NCBI GenBank assembly: GCA_963666975.2
Contig: CAXVYR010000004.1
Location: 768,001 to 832,000 of the forward strand
From: Terriglobia bacterium
Lineage (GTDB): Bacteria; Acidobacteriota; Terriglobia; 2-12-FULL-54-10
Length of the DNA stretch: 64,000 nt
Direction: 5' to 3'
Under the pieces are notes generated by a model that was not told the origin of the DNA, made no database searches, and saw nothing but the letters and a program-made list of their open reading frames with translations. Shown piece by piece: positions 10,040-19,731 of this stretch. How positions within the stretch are numbered: the stretch's first letter is position 1; each line of letters starts with the position of its first letter. Made by a program: the position numbers and the translations under genes.

Positions 10040-13000
10040 CTAGAAGGTAAACTTCAACCCAAACTGAATCTGCCGGGATGTATTTGCCGTAGTAGTGATC
10101 CGGCCCGCTATCGGCAAGTGGAAATTGCTGGGAGAGGCAAAGACATTCGGGTTGGGTTCGAAGAAGTTCGGGTGGTTGAAGATATTGAAGAATTCTGCCC
10201 GAAATTGCATGTTATTGCTCTCTCCCCAGCGAGTATTTTTCACAAACGAAATATCAAAGTTTGTCAAGCCGGGCCCAATAATGGTGTTGCGCCCGGCGTT
10301 TCCAAAAAATCCCGCAGGTTGCACCTCGAAGGAACAAGGATCAAACCACCGAGCCGGATCGCCCAACTTTTGACCGGCGGGAACACCGAGGCACCCAACA
10401 CTAACGCCGCTCGTGGGGTTATTGCTTCGCCCTGCAACCAATTCCGGCCGGACTGGCGTAAAGATACTCGCAGCTAAACCCGCAGCTCTGTCAAAGAAGG
10501 AACTTGCGGAAGTCGGTAAACCTGAATTCAGGGTGACAATTCCAGAAACCTCCCATCCTCCAAGCAACTTTGCCCCGACTCCTGTGAGATTTCCTCCGAT
10601 GGCGCGATTTGGGCCTATCGGCAACTCGTACGTGTATGTTGTGTTAAAGACATGCCGTCGGTCAAAATCCGAAAGACCCCGGTCGCAAGCCACGCAGGCC
10701 GGATTGGAAATATCCTGTCTTCGGTTTCCACCCGCTTCTCCTATACGGATATTGGAGGAGTCGTCCATTGACTTGGACCATGTATAGTTCGCCGACATCG
10801 CGAAACCACTGGACAAAGCCTTCTGGGCAGAAATTTGCAAGGAGCTATAGGAAGAATTAGCCTCAAAGTACCGCAATCCGAGGTTGCCAAAGTTCGGGTT
10901 GTGCCGCTTTCCAAAATTCTCCGGTGGGACGAAGTATCTTCCATTCGGCAAGATCACTGAATCCGCATAGTTGGCATCGCGCCCCAAACCTAAATGGCGG
11001 CCCAAAGAGCCTACGTAACCAATTTGGAGGGCGATTTGGCCCGGCAATTGGTGCTGGACATTTAGATTAAATTGCATCGTGCTGGGACCTGCGGTAGCAT
11101 TGTAATCATTCGGCTCGTCCACAGAGGAAACTATTGGGCTGCTCGGGATGCCATTTACAAAAGGATTCGGGAAGGGCGGGGAAAACGTAACCACGTTCGT
11201 CGTCAGAGGTTGGAACTGTGTCCAGAAGGTAAAGAGGTGGGCCAGCACCGGTTCATAAGCTATTCCAAAGCCGCCCCGTACGGCTGTTTGCCCGTTGCCA
11301 AACACATCCCAAGCAATTCCGAATCGGGGAGCTATGTTCCCGAGAGTCGGGTTGTCACGGAAGGGATGCTTCACCACAGAACAGCAGACATCATTAACTG
11401 GGTCCTCCACTACACCGAACAACCCGTCGAAGCGTTCCCTGGCATTTGTAGCTTGGGTTTGGAACTCGTAGCGAATCCCCAAGTTCAGGGTGAGCCGCTG
11501 GTTCAGACGCCAATCATCCTGGAGGTAGAAGGCATACAACGATTGCCGCCAATTGGCTCTGGGGTCAGCTCCCGGAATGGCCCCACGAAATGTCCGGGCA
11601 TCGTTGTCGAGAAAAGTTTCCAGCGTAGCGAATGTGTACTCACCGGTCACCAGATATTCGTAAAACCAACGGTCCCGGAAGCGTTCGTGAAGTGCACCTA
11701 TCTTGATAGTGTGGTCTCCGCGGCTAATTGTTACGTCGTCACTAAACTGGAAGGAATTTCGAAGGGTATCGGTGTTATTGGCAAAAGATCCAGTTCCAAA
11801 GCGACCTACGCCGCCGATATTGATCAGGCCTATCCTCTTGTATTCTGGAACGAACCGCAAAATTTCCGGCTCTTCAGCGCCATTCCCCTGATGCCCGATG
11901 CGTGTATTGCTAAACCTAAATGAATTTAGGAGGGTCGGGGAGAGAATAGCTGTCCATTGCAGAGTCGTGAAATAGCTGGCGCTGTCGGCGGTTTTCGGGC
12001 CTCCGAAGTCGGGAAGGGGGGAAGAATTATAGGGATCTGACATGTTTCCCCGATCCTGGGTGTATCGACCGAAGAGGCTGTGGTTATCAGACAGTTGGTG
12101 ATCAAGCCGGACTTGGAAGAAATTTTGAGTGGTGGGCTGAGTGGCGGAAGTTGTGTGCTGTTGAACCCCCCCCCCAATCTCAGGTCCATTAGGTACTGGA
12201 AATAGAGCCAGGAAAGGTTCCACTACTGGATCCACTGTTACTGTTTTGTTCGGAAGGATGCCCTGCCGTGCCGCCATCGAGGGTATAAAAGCCACTCTAG
12301 TTACCCCTAAGCGGTCTCGTAAGCCCTCATACACCCCAAAGAAAAAGGTCCGGTCCTGGACAATCGGCCCGCCGATCGAACCGCCAAATTGGTTCCTCAC
12401 GAAATGCGGGGTGGGTTCATTGGGGTCATCGAAAAAGTTCTTGGCGTCCAGCGCGGCGTTCCGCAGAAACTCGAAAGCGGATCCATGTAGCGCGTTGCCC
12501 CCACTCCGCGTGACCACATTGATGACCGCTCCATTCGTTCTTCCGTATTCGGCACTGTAGTTATTGGTCAACAGCCGAAACTCCCGAATGGCGTCCACCC
12601 CCAGATTTCGCCCCCCCACGCCCGAGCCAGCTCGGTAGAAGAAACTATTGATATTGGTTCCGTCTAACAACGTAATGCTCTGAGTGGGCCGCGAGCCAGC
12701 CACAGAAAACCAAGCAGTAGATTGGGCAAAGCCAGGAACGCCTCCTGCGGCAGGACGAGCTAAAAACACTCCTGGTTGTAGAAGAACCAACTGATCGAAA
12801 CTGCGGCCATTCAATGGTATTTCGCGAATGGTCCCTCCTTCGACAAGCGAGGTGACCGCTGAATTGGTCGTTTCCACTAGGGGAGCCTCTCCGGTGACGG
12901 TAACCGTTTCTGCCACGGCCCCCACCTGCATAGTCATATTCACCACCGCTTCTCGTCCAACCGTCAAAGTAATTCCAGCGCGCACCATGGTCTGGAATCC

Positions 13001-13258
13001 AGCAGTCTCGGCCGTCACTACGTAACCACCCAGCCCGAGCTGGAGAGCGGCGTAGCGTCCCTCGGTGCTTGTGGTGACTGTCCGTGAGATACCCGTTTCT
13101 ACATTTCTTACTGTTACGGTTGCGCCGGGAATGACAGCCCCGGTTGAATCGCTGACAGTTCCGCTGATTGTTGCAGTGGTCACCTGTCCCAGTGCCTGAC
13201 TGCCAGTAAGCAGGCTAAAAACCAGCAACAAGACTCCACTCCAGATATGTTTTACCAT
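10040..13258 (-). CDS. TonB-dependent outer-membrane receptor (Oar-like, N-terminal carboxypeptidase-regulatory-like domain)
   Basis: Signal peptide; ISGTVSDSTGAVIPGATVTV; DAIREFRLLTNNYSAEYGR; FEFLRNAALDAKNFF; C-terminal RQIQFGLKFTF. Confidence 0.95.
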   Translation of the reverse strand: MVKHIWSGVLLLVFSLLTGSQALGQVTTATISGTVSDSTGAVIPGATVTVRNVETGISRTVTTSTEGRYAALQLGLGGYVVTAETAGFQTMVRAGITLTVGREAVVNMTMQVGAVAETVTVTGEAPLVETTNSAVTSLVEGGTIREIPLNGRSFDQLVLLQPGVFLARPAAGGVPGFAQSTAWFSVAGSRPTQSITLLDGTNINSFFYRAGSGVGGRNLGVDAIREFRLLTNNYSAEYGRTNGAVINVVTRSGGNALHGSAFEFLRNAALDAKNFFDDPNEPTPHFVRNQFGGSIGGPIVQDRTFFFGVYEGLRDRLGVTRVAFIPSMAARQGILPNKTVTVDPVVEPFLALFPVPNGPEIGGGVQQHTTSATQPTTQNFFQVRLDHQLSDNHSLFGRYTQDRGNMSDPYNSSPLPDFGGPKTADSASYFTTLQWTAILSPTLLNSFRFSNTRIGHQGNGAEEPEILRFVPEYKRIGLINIGGVGRFGTGSFANNTDTLRNSFQFSDDVTISRGDHTIKIGALHERFRDRWFYEYLVTGEYTFATLETFLDNDARTFRGAIPGADPRANWRQSLYAFYLQDDWRLNQRLTLNLGIRYEFQTQATNARERFDGLFGVVEDPVNDVCCSVVKHPFRDNPTLGNIAPRFGIAWDVFGNGQTAVRGGFGIAYEPVLAHLFTFWTQFQPLTTNVVTFSPPFPNPFVNGIPSSPIVSSVDEPNDYNATAGPSTMQFNLNVQHQLPGQIALQIGYVGSLGRHLGLGRDANYADSVILPNGRYFVPPENFGKRHNPNFGNLGLRYFEANSSYSSLQISAQKALSSGFAMSANYTWSKSMDDSSNIRIGEAGGNRRQDISNPACVACDRGLSDFDRRHVFNTTYTYELPIGPNRAIGGNLTGVGAKLLGGWEVSGIVTLNSGLPTSASSFFDRAAGLAASIFTPVRPELVAGRSNNPTSGVSVGCLGVPAGQKLGDPARWFDPCSFEVQPAGFFGNAGRNTIIGPGLTNFDISFVKNTRWGESNNMQFRAEFFNIFNHPNFFEPNPNVFASPSNFHLPIAGRITTTANTSRQIQFGLKFTF

Positions 13259-13348
13259 TTCACCCTCCGTAAGGTTGGACGTGCTTAATTGTTCCCGATT
13301 AAGGATAATCCCTGCCTCGTCACTCTGTTCCCGAGCTGCAATTTATTG

Positions 13349-13364
13349 GCAATTCATGTGCCAA
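13349..13364 (-). promoter_or_regulatory. Sigma54 (RpoN) -24/-12 promoter upstream of the TonB-dependent receptor
   Basis: The minus strand reads TTGGCACATGAATTGC, matching TGGCAC-N5-TTGC, ~90 bp before the ATG, with an AT-rich region further upstream. Confidence 0.75.
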
Positions 13365-13540
13365 AGACAACCCCAAACAAGGTGAACAAAACAAAGCCGT
13401 TTAACAGCTTTGGAAGTTTCAAAACCTTAGATTAATACAAAAATCAATATTTCTGAAGCTAAATAATACAACATATTATATATCTATGGTTCGCCGAGTC
13501 GGTCCGTTTGGAGCCCTTCTCCTGTCGGCATAGGCTGCGA

Positions 13541-15448
13541 TCAGAAGTTCGCATCTTTATACGCGACTTTCCCCCCTAGGACCGTCATCAGAGTCTTAAT
13601 TTTCATTATTTCGGCCTCGGGAATCGTGAAGTAATCTTTGTCTATGACTACAAAATCGGCCAGCTTCCCCGGCTCCAAAGAGCCCAGCCGATCTTCCCGG
13701 AGCAAAATCTTTGCCGACCAAGTGGTCATCGCCCGCAGCGCCGAGATGCGGTCAATCCTCTGTTCGGGACCCAAAGCTACCATCTCCGTCCGACGCGTCC
13801 CGCTACCGAATTCCCCAAAGGCCACTTCTGTCACCGGCGCAACCCAAACTCCTATATGCGGCCAGATGGAGTCGCGGTAAGGGAAGTTCGCCGAGAGGCT
13901 ATTGAGGAAGTCCTCGGCATCATCACCTATTTGGGAGATGCCCACATCGGTGCCAATGTTAAATGGAATCCCCGCATCCACAAGACTCTTCAACGGTGAA
14001 ACCCAGGACACATGTCCCGGTTTATAAAAATTGCGCGCATTGTACAACCCCCGGGCAAGTCGAGCACCCTGAAAGTCCAGCGTGAAGCCATACTTCTTGA
14101 TCAGAGGGATCTGTTCGGGGCGGATCAAGGGACTATGGTCGAACAACCATCCCTGTTCTCGGATGTCCTCCAGGGTGTGGGTTCCTTTCCGGATAACTTC
14201 TTCGACCAAGGCAAAGGCCCTATCCAAAACTTTATCACCAGGCCGCGAATGCAAACCAAACAGTCTTAGGCCAGCTTCCGCAGCCGCCAAATGACCCTGG
14301 TACTGCAACGAATCAGCAGGGATGCAGGTCGGAAAGGGACCCGGGCCTCCAAACAACCTTTTTTGAAGCTCCTCCGTTTTGGCTATCTCCGATACGCAGG
14401 CGCCTTGGGAATTGTCCCAGGCCTCCCAACCCACGCCCACGTTCCACAAGTAATCGCTGCCCTGACCGAGAAAATTTCCCAGCAGCCGGTAATACTCCAT
14501 AGGGTCCTTCGACCCATAGAAACCGCTTTCATGGGACCAGGCAAACCGCTGCGGCATCTTCCCTTGCCGATCCAACGTATTCAAGGCATTGAAGAACTCC
14601 GTATTGACTTCTCCGTGAGTCCCCACCGTGGTCACGCCATAGTTCACAAAGTCCTGCATCTCCCGGCTTGCCAAGTCCGCCGCCAGGTCTGTTTTACCCT
14701 TAAGAATGACTCCCCACACCAAATCATAGGGGATACGAACCGAACCGGCGGGCTCGTAGCCGAGTGTCTCAATCATCATCTCACGGGCCTTGGTATTGGC
14801 AACGCTGGCACAACAGCCGCTTACTATCACCACCGGCGTGTCCGGGGCAATTCTGTCCAAATCGGTCCGTCTGATCCTACCCCCAGGATTGTAGTCAGGA
14901 AATAAGCGCCCATGTTGGGGGTATCGTGGCATCTCCCCCTGCATTCGTTGGGGAATGCTGGCCATCACCCATTGGTCCTTTCCTTGCTTCTGGATCCGCT
15001 GTTGAATAACCAACTCCAGGTTCCTCCGAACCTCCTCAAAATTCTTCCCATGGGCATAAGCCGGCTCCAGTTGTGGAAGGACTTGACCGCCATAATGCCA
15101 CCATGCCCAGAGATGGGGATGCGTGTGAACATCAATAAGGCCAGGTACAACCGTTCTTCCTTTTAGATCAATCATCTGGGTTTGTGGTCCCGCCAATTGC
15201 CGAATCTCCCGGTCCGTCCCCAACGTCCAAATCCGGTCTCCTCGGATTGCCATGGCTTGGTAGGTCGTCAGATTGTTGTCCATGGTGCCCACCTTCCCGT
15301 TGTAGACAATCAGGGTAGGATAGACTGCTAACTTCTCTAAGGTAACCCGTGAAGGAGATTGCGCCTGTAGGTTGCCTATGGTAACCAAAAAAAACGGAAT
15401 CACTAACAGACAAGTAGAAACTGTGAAACCGGGAATTGATTTCTTCAT
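13541..15448 (-). CDS. Secreted metal-dependent amidohydrolase (Amidohydro_3/YtcJ-like)
   Basis: Signal peptide ending LQAQ; IDVHTHPH, SGCC, LHSRPGD, FDHSP, GTDVG. Start MKKSIP chosen from the RBS (ORF extends to 15466). Confidence 0.9.
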   Translation of the reverse strand: MKKSIPGFTVSTCLLVIPFFLVTIGNLQAQSPSRVTLEKLAVYPTLIVYNGKVGTMDNNLTTYQAMAIRGDRIWTLGTDREIRQLAGPQTQMIDLKGRTVVPGLIDVHTHPHLWAWWHYGGQVLPQLEPAYAHGKNFEEVRRNLELVIQQRIQKQGKDQWVMASIPQRMQGEMPRYPQHGRLFPDYNPGGRIRRTDLDRIAPDTPVVIVSGCCASVANTKAREMMIETLGYEPAGSVRIPYDLVWGVILKGKTDLAADLASREMQDFVNYGVTTVGTHGEVNTEFFNALNTLDRQGKMPQRFAWSHESGFYGSKDPMEYYRLLGNFLGQGSDYLWNVGVGWEAWDNSQGACVSEIAKTEELQKRLFGGPGPFPTCIPADSLQYQGHLAAAEAGLRLFGLHSRPGDKVLDRAFALVEEVIRKGTHTLEDIREQGWLFDHSPLIRPEQIPLIKKYGFTLDFQGARLARGLYNARNFYKPGHVSWVSPLKSLVDAGIPFNIGTDVGISQIGDDAEDFLNSLSANFPYRDSIWPHIGVWVAPVTEVAFGEFGSGTRRTEMVALGPEQRIDRISALRAMTTWSAKILLREDRLGSLEPGKLADFVVIDKDYFTIPEAEIMKIKTLMTVLGGKVAYKDANF

Positions 15449-15660
15449 GATGTCCTTCTCCTCCACTGCCTTAGAAAGTTCATACCCTTCGGTAGTATCG
15501 GTACTAAATGAAATAGCAAAAGGACACGCTCCGGCAGATTTATCTTCTCGAAGCAGTCCGCAGATGTATCTGTATACTTACCCATGACTTTCGTGCGAAC
15601 AGAGGATCAGAAGTTCGGAGCTTGGTAGACAATCTTGCCTCCTAAAGCTGTCATCAGAGT
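15328..15660. repeat. Duplicated junction block, copy 1 (signal-peptide region, intergenic spacer, 3' end of upstream paralogue)
   Basis: Homologous to 17334..17665, e.g. AGCAAAAGGACACGCTCCGG and GACTTTCGTGCGAACAGAGGATCAGAAGTTCGGAGCTTGG. Confidence 0.85.
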
Positions 15661-17454
15661 ATTAATATTCATTATTTCGGCCTCGGGAATCGTGAAGTAA
15701 TCCTTGTCAAGGACCACAAAATCGGCTAGCTTGCCCGGTTCCAGCGAGCCCAGACGATCCCAACGCAGCAGGTACTTTGCGCCTTCGTTGGTCCAGCCCC
15801 GCAACGCCGTCACTCGGTCGATTCGTTCCTCCGGCACCCAGACCCTTCCATTCAGTTCACGAGTTACCCACCAGCCAACCCATGGCCACACGGAATCACG
15901 GTAGGGAAAATCCGCAGCCAAGTTGTTCCAAAAACGCTCGCCTTTCCCAGGAAGAGTCCCGACGTGTGTGTCGGTTCCAAAAACCACTCGCACCCCTGAG
16001 GCGATTAGGCTTTTGAGAGGCGCCATCCATTTTAGATAGTCTGTGCCGAACTGATTTTCTACCATTGACCAGCGGCCTGCAAAATGGCACGGCATAAAGT
16101 TCAACCAAAAACCGTACTTTGCAAAGTTAGCAATTTGATCTGGTCGAGTCCACAGGTTGTGATCGAAGCCCCATCCTGGCTCGATTATATTTTCAAGTGT
16201 AGTTGCTCCTGAACGGATGGCCTCCTCTGCAAGAGAAAAAGCTCGATCATACCCAAGGTCTCCCGTCAACCCGTGAACATCCACAAGACGCAAACCTGCT
16301 TTGACGGCAGCCAAATGTCCCTGGTAGCTCTTCGAATCGTCTGGTATACATGGATTGTATTGCAGTCGATCTTGAACTTGTTGGGAGTTCTCATTGTTCT
16401 GTTGTGCAGACAGGCAATCCCCGAAAGCATCCCAGACCTCCCAGCCTACACCAAAGTTCCACAGATGGTCGTTGCCCTGACCTACAAAGTTACCGAGCAA
16501 TCTATAGAACTCCGCTGGATCTTTCCCAAAAAATCCACTCTCGTGGCTCCAGGCAAAACGTTGCGGCAGTGTGCCTTCCCGTTCCATCAGATTGATCGCG
16601 TTAAAAACTTCCGAGTTCACTTCCCCATGAGTTGCAATTGTGGTGACGCCATACTCCACAAACTCCTGCATCTCACGTCCGATCAGGTCTGCTGCCTTGC
16701 GAGTTTGCCCAGCCAGAACGACAGCAAAAGTTGTGTCGTAAAGTACGCGAACTCCAACATGTTCGTAGCCTGTCATATCCTGCATGATCTCTTTAGCTTT
16801 GGTATTGCCGAAAGCCCAGCAACAGCCGGACAAAACCGCTATAGGTGTGTTGGGTGCGATTTCGTCCATCATATCGCGCGTGATTAACCCAGTCACAGGA
16901 CGCGGTTCATAGTCATAGCTGATGGGATAGGTTACCAGCTTGTCTTGCATTCTATGGGGCACCAAGGCGAAGACCCACTTCCCAACCCCTGTTTCTGCAA
17001 TACGCGCCTTTACGGCTGGTGTAAAGTTGGCCACTACCTCCTCCGGAGTCTCTCCGTCGATGTAAACGGGCTCCAGTTGAGGATCGATTTCCCCACCAAA
17101 ATGCCACAATCCCCACATCTGCGGATGCGTGTGCACATCAATCAGACCGGGCGTCACCGTCCGGCCTTTTAGGTCAACCAGTTGAGTTTCTGGCCCGGCC
17201 AAACCTTTGATCTCTTGGTCGGTCCCCAATCTCCATACGAGGTCTCCTCGCAGAGCCATGGCTTGATGGAAGCTCAGAGCCTCATCCATCGTCGCAATCT
17301 TACCGTTGTAGACAATCAGGGTGGGAAAGACCGCTAACTTCTCTAATGTAGCCCGCGAAGGAGATTGAGCCTGCAGACTTCCTAAGGTCAACAAAAAAAT
17401 GGCACTCACTACTAGACAAGTAGAAATTGTGAAACCGGGAATTGATTTCTTCAT
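15607..17454 (-). CDS. Secreted metal-dependent amidohydrolase (Amidohydro_3/YtcJ-like)
   Basis: Signal peptide; IDVHTHPQ, SGCC, VHGLTGD, FDHNL, GTDTH, GKLADFVV (ORF extends to 17478). Confidence 0.9.
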   Translation of the reverse strand: MKKSIPGFTISTCLVVSAIFLLTLGSLQAQSPSRATLEKLAVFPTLIVYNGKIATMDEALSFHQAMALRGDLVWRLGTDQEIKGLAGPETQLVDLKGRTVTPGLIDVHTHPQMWGLWHFGGEIDPQLEPVYIDGETPEEVVANFTPAVKARIAETGVGKWVFALVPHRMQDKLVTYPISYDYEPRPVTGLITRDMMDEIAPNTPIAVLSGCCWAFGNTKAKEIMQDMTGYEHVGVRVLYDTTFAVVLAGQTRKAADLIGREMQEFVEYGVTTIATHGEVNSEVFNAINLMEREGTLPQRFAWSHESGFFGKDPAEFYRLLGNFVGQGNDHLWNFGVGWEVWDAFGDCLSAQQNNENSQQVQDRLQYNPCIPDDSKSYQGHLAAVKAGLRLVDVHGLTGDLGYDRAFSLAEEAIRSGATTLENIIEPGWGFDHNLWTRPDQIANFAKYGFWLNFMPCHFAGRWSMVENQFGTDYLKWMAPLKSLIASGVRVVFGTDTHVGTLPGKGERFWNNLAADFPYRDSVWPWVGWWVTRELNGRVWVPEERIDRVTALRGWTNEGAKYLLRWDRLGSLEPGKLADFVVLDKDYFTIPEAEIMNINTLMTALGGKIVYQAPNF

Positions 17455-17665
17455 GATGTCCTTCTCCTCCACTGCCATGGAAAATTCATAATCTTGATAC
17501 TATCGGTACTTAATGAACTAGCAAAAGGACACGCTCCGGTAGATTTATTTTCTCGAAGCAGTCCGCAGGCATACCTGCATGCCTCCTGATGACTTTCGTG
17601 CGAACAGAGGATCAGAAGTTCGGAGCTTGGTAGACAATCTTGCCTCCTAAAGCAGTCATCAGAGT
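17334..17665. repeat. Duplicated junction block, copy 2
   Basis: Homologous to 15328..15660. Confidence 0.85.
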
Positions 17666-19525
17666 CTTAAGTTTCATTATTTCCGGCTCGGGGATCGTGA
17701 AATAATCCTTGTCGATCACTACAAAATCGGCCAGCTTCCCCGGCTCTAATGAGCCCAAACGGTCTTCTCTCAACAACATCTTTGCTGGCCAAGTGGTCGC
17801 CGCTCGCAGCGCGGAAATGCGGTCAATCCTCTGTTCCGGACCCAAAGCTACTGTCTCCGTCCGCCGCTCCCCGCTGCCGAATTCCCCAATGGCCACTTCC
17901 GTCACCCGCTGCACCCAAACCCCGATGTGCGGCCAAATGGAGTCGCGGTAAGGAAAGGGAGCTGATAAGTTAACAAGGAAGTCTTCTGCATCGTTACTTA
18001 GCTGGTTAATACCCACATCAGTACCGAGATTAAACAAGATACCGGCGTCCACCAGACTCTTTACAGGGGTAACCCAGGACACATATTCCGGCTTATAAAA
18101 GTTACGAGCATTGTACAAATCCCTAGCTAGTCGGAAACCCTGAAAGTCCATCTGAAATCCATATTTCTTAATTAGCGGGATCTGGTCGGGGCGAATCAAG
18201 GGGTTATGGTCAAACTCCCACCCCTGTTCCCGGATGTCCTCCAGAGTCCGGCTTCCATTTTTGATCGCTTGTTCGGCGATGGCAAATACGCGGTCTAAGA
18301 CCTTATCACCGAATAAGTTATGCACGTCGTACAGTCGCAGGCCCGCTTCCACCGCCGCCAGATGTGCACGATACTCTAGCGAATCAGCAGGCAAGCAAGT
18401 TTCATAAGGACGTCCCCTGAATTCAAGCCGCTTCTGCAACTCTTCCGTTTTAGCTATCTCCGAGAGGCAACCTCCTGAAGTAGCGCCCCAGGCCTCCCAG
18501 CCCACGCCGACATTCCACAAGAAATCGCTTCCTTGACCCAGAAAATTGCCCAGCAGCCGGTAATACTGCTCCGGGTCCTTGGACCCAAAAAAGCCCGCCT
18601 CATGCGACCAGGCAAACCGCATTGGCATCTTCCCTTCCCGATCCAGTTTATTGACAGCCGAGAAGAACTCCGTGTTGGTCTCCCCGTGCGAGGCAAACGT
18701 GGTCACCCCACGGTTCACAAAGTCCTCCTGCATCTCCCGCCGCGCCAATTCTGCAGCCTTGTCCGTCTTTCCCTTCAGGATCACCCCCCATACCAGATCA
18801 TAGGAAATCCGGGGCCCTGCCGAGGGCTCATAGCCTAGTTCCTGAATCATCAACTCCCGCGCCTTTTTATTGGCCAGCCCCGCGCAGCAACCGCTGATGA
18901 TCACTACTGGTGTGTCCGGTGCCATGTTGTTCAATTCCTCCCGTCGAAACTGTCCGGAAGGATTATAGTTAGGAAACAAATGCCCCAGTTGGGGATAGCG
19001 CTGTACCTCCGCGCTCATCCGGTGGGGAACACTGGCAATCACCCATTGGTCCTTTCCTTGCTTTTGGATCCGCTGTTGAATCACCCGCCGAAGGTTGAGC
19101 TTCACCTCTTCAATGTCCTTCCCACGAGCATAGGCCGGTTCCAGTTCCGGAAGAATTTGCCCCCCAAACGCCCACCAACCCCATAGCTGCGGGTGCGTGT
19201 GCGCATCAATCAGACCCGGCACTACCGTCCTCCCCTTTAGGTCAATCATCAGGGTCTGCGGTCCCGCCAATTCCCGAATCTCACGGTTCGTGCCCAACGT
19301 CCAAATCCGGTCATCTCGGATCGCCATGGCCTGGTAATTCGTCAAATTATTGTCCATCGTGGCGATCTTTCCGTTGTGCACAATTAGAGTAGGATAAACC
19401 GCCACCTTCTCCAGTACGGACATCTCACGGGATTGAGCCCGGGATACCGGAACCGCACCAACCCACGTTAGGAAGGAAAAGAGAATCAATAGATATAATG
19501 TTCCTTTCGTTCCGCATGTCCTCAT
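17612..19525 (-). CDS. Secreted metal-dependent amidohydrolase (Amidohydro_3/YtcJ-like)
   Basis: Signal peptide identical to that of 7783..9684; IDAHTHPQ, SGCC, VHNLFGD, FDHNP, GTDVG. Confidence 0.9.
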   Translation of the reverse strand: MRTCGTKGTLYLLILFSFLTWVGAVPVSRAQSREMSVLEKVAVYPTLIVHNGKIATMDNNLTNYQAMAIRDDRIWTLGTNREIRELAGPQTLMIDLKGRTVVPGLIDAHTHPQLWGWWAFGGQILPELEPAYARGKDIEEVKLNLRRVIQQRIQKQGKDQWVIASVPHRMSAEVQRYPQLGHLFPNYNPSGQFRREELNNMAPDTPVVIISGCCAGLANKKARELMIQELGYEPSAGPRISYDLVWGVILKGKTDKAAELARREMQEDFVNRGVTTFASHGETNTEFFSAVNKLDREGKMPMRFAWSHEAGFFGSKDPEQYYRLLGNFLGQGSDFLWNVGVGWEAWGATSGGCLSEIAKTEELQKRLEFRGRPYETCLPADSLEYRAHLAAVEAGLRLYDVHNLFGDKVLDRVFAIAEQAIKNGSRTLEDIREQGWEFDHNPLIRPDQIPLIKKYGFQMDFQGFRLARDLYNARNFYKPEYVSWVTPVKSLVDAGILFNLGTDVGINQLSNDAEDFLVNLSAPFPYRDSIWPHIGVWVQRVTEVAIGEFGSGERRTETVALGPEQRIDRISALRAATTWPAKMLLREDRLGSLEPGKLADFVVIDKDYFTIPEPEIMKLKTLMTALGGKIVYQAPNF

Positions 19526-19731
19526 CGATCTAACTCCTTTTCAGTTCCAGATATATAAGTTGCCCTGGCCTAGCTGGGAGGCTCTATAGTAGCTCCCATG
19601 TACGTTTACCCCCTGGATCGGGTCTTCTCCGAAGTATAGGTTCCTCTCCGTGACATTGACTTCCGTAATTACCTTTCCAACCGAACTCTACCGAGACACA
19701 GCAAAACACCCAACAGGAATACCCTTCCTTT
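19172..19731. repeat. ~560-bp near-identical direct repeat, copy 2
   Basis: Aligns to 9332..9891. Confidence 0.9.

Noticed and set aside
7783-19731. Diversity-generating retroelement as the cause of near-identical paralogue blocks
   Set aside because: No reverse transcriptase in the window, the shared blocks are at 5' ends and junctions, and mismatches are not adenine-specific.
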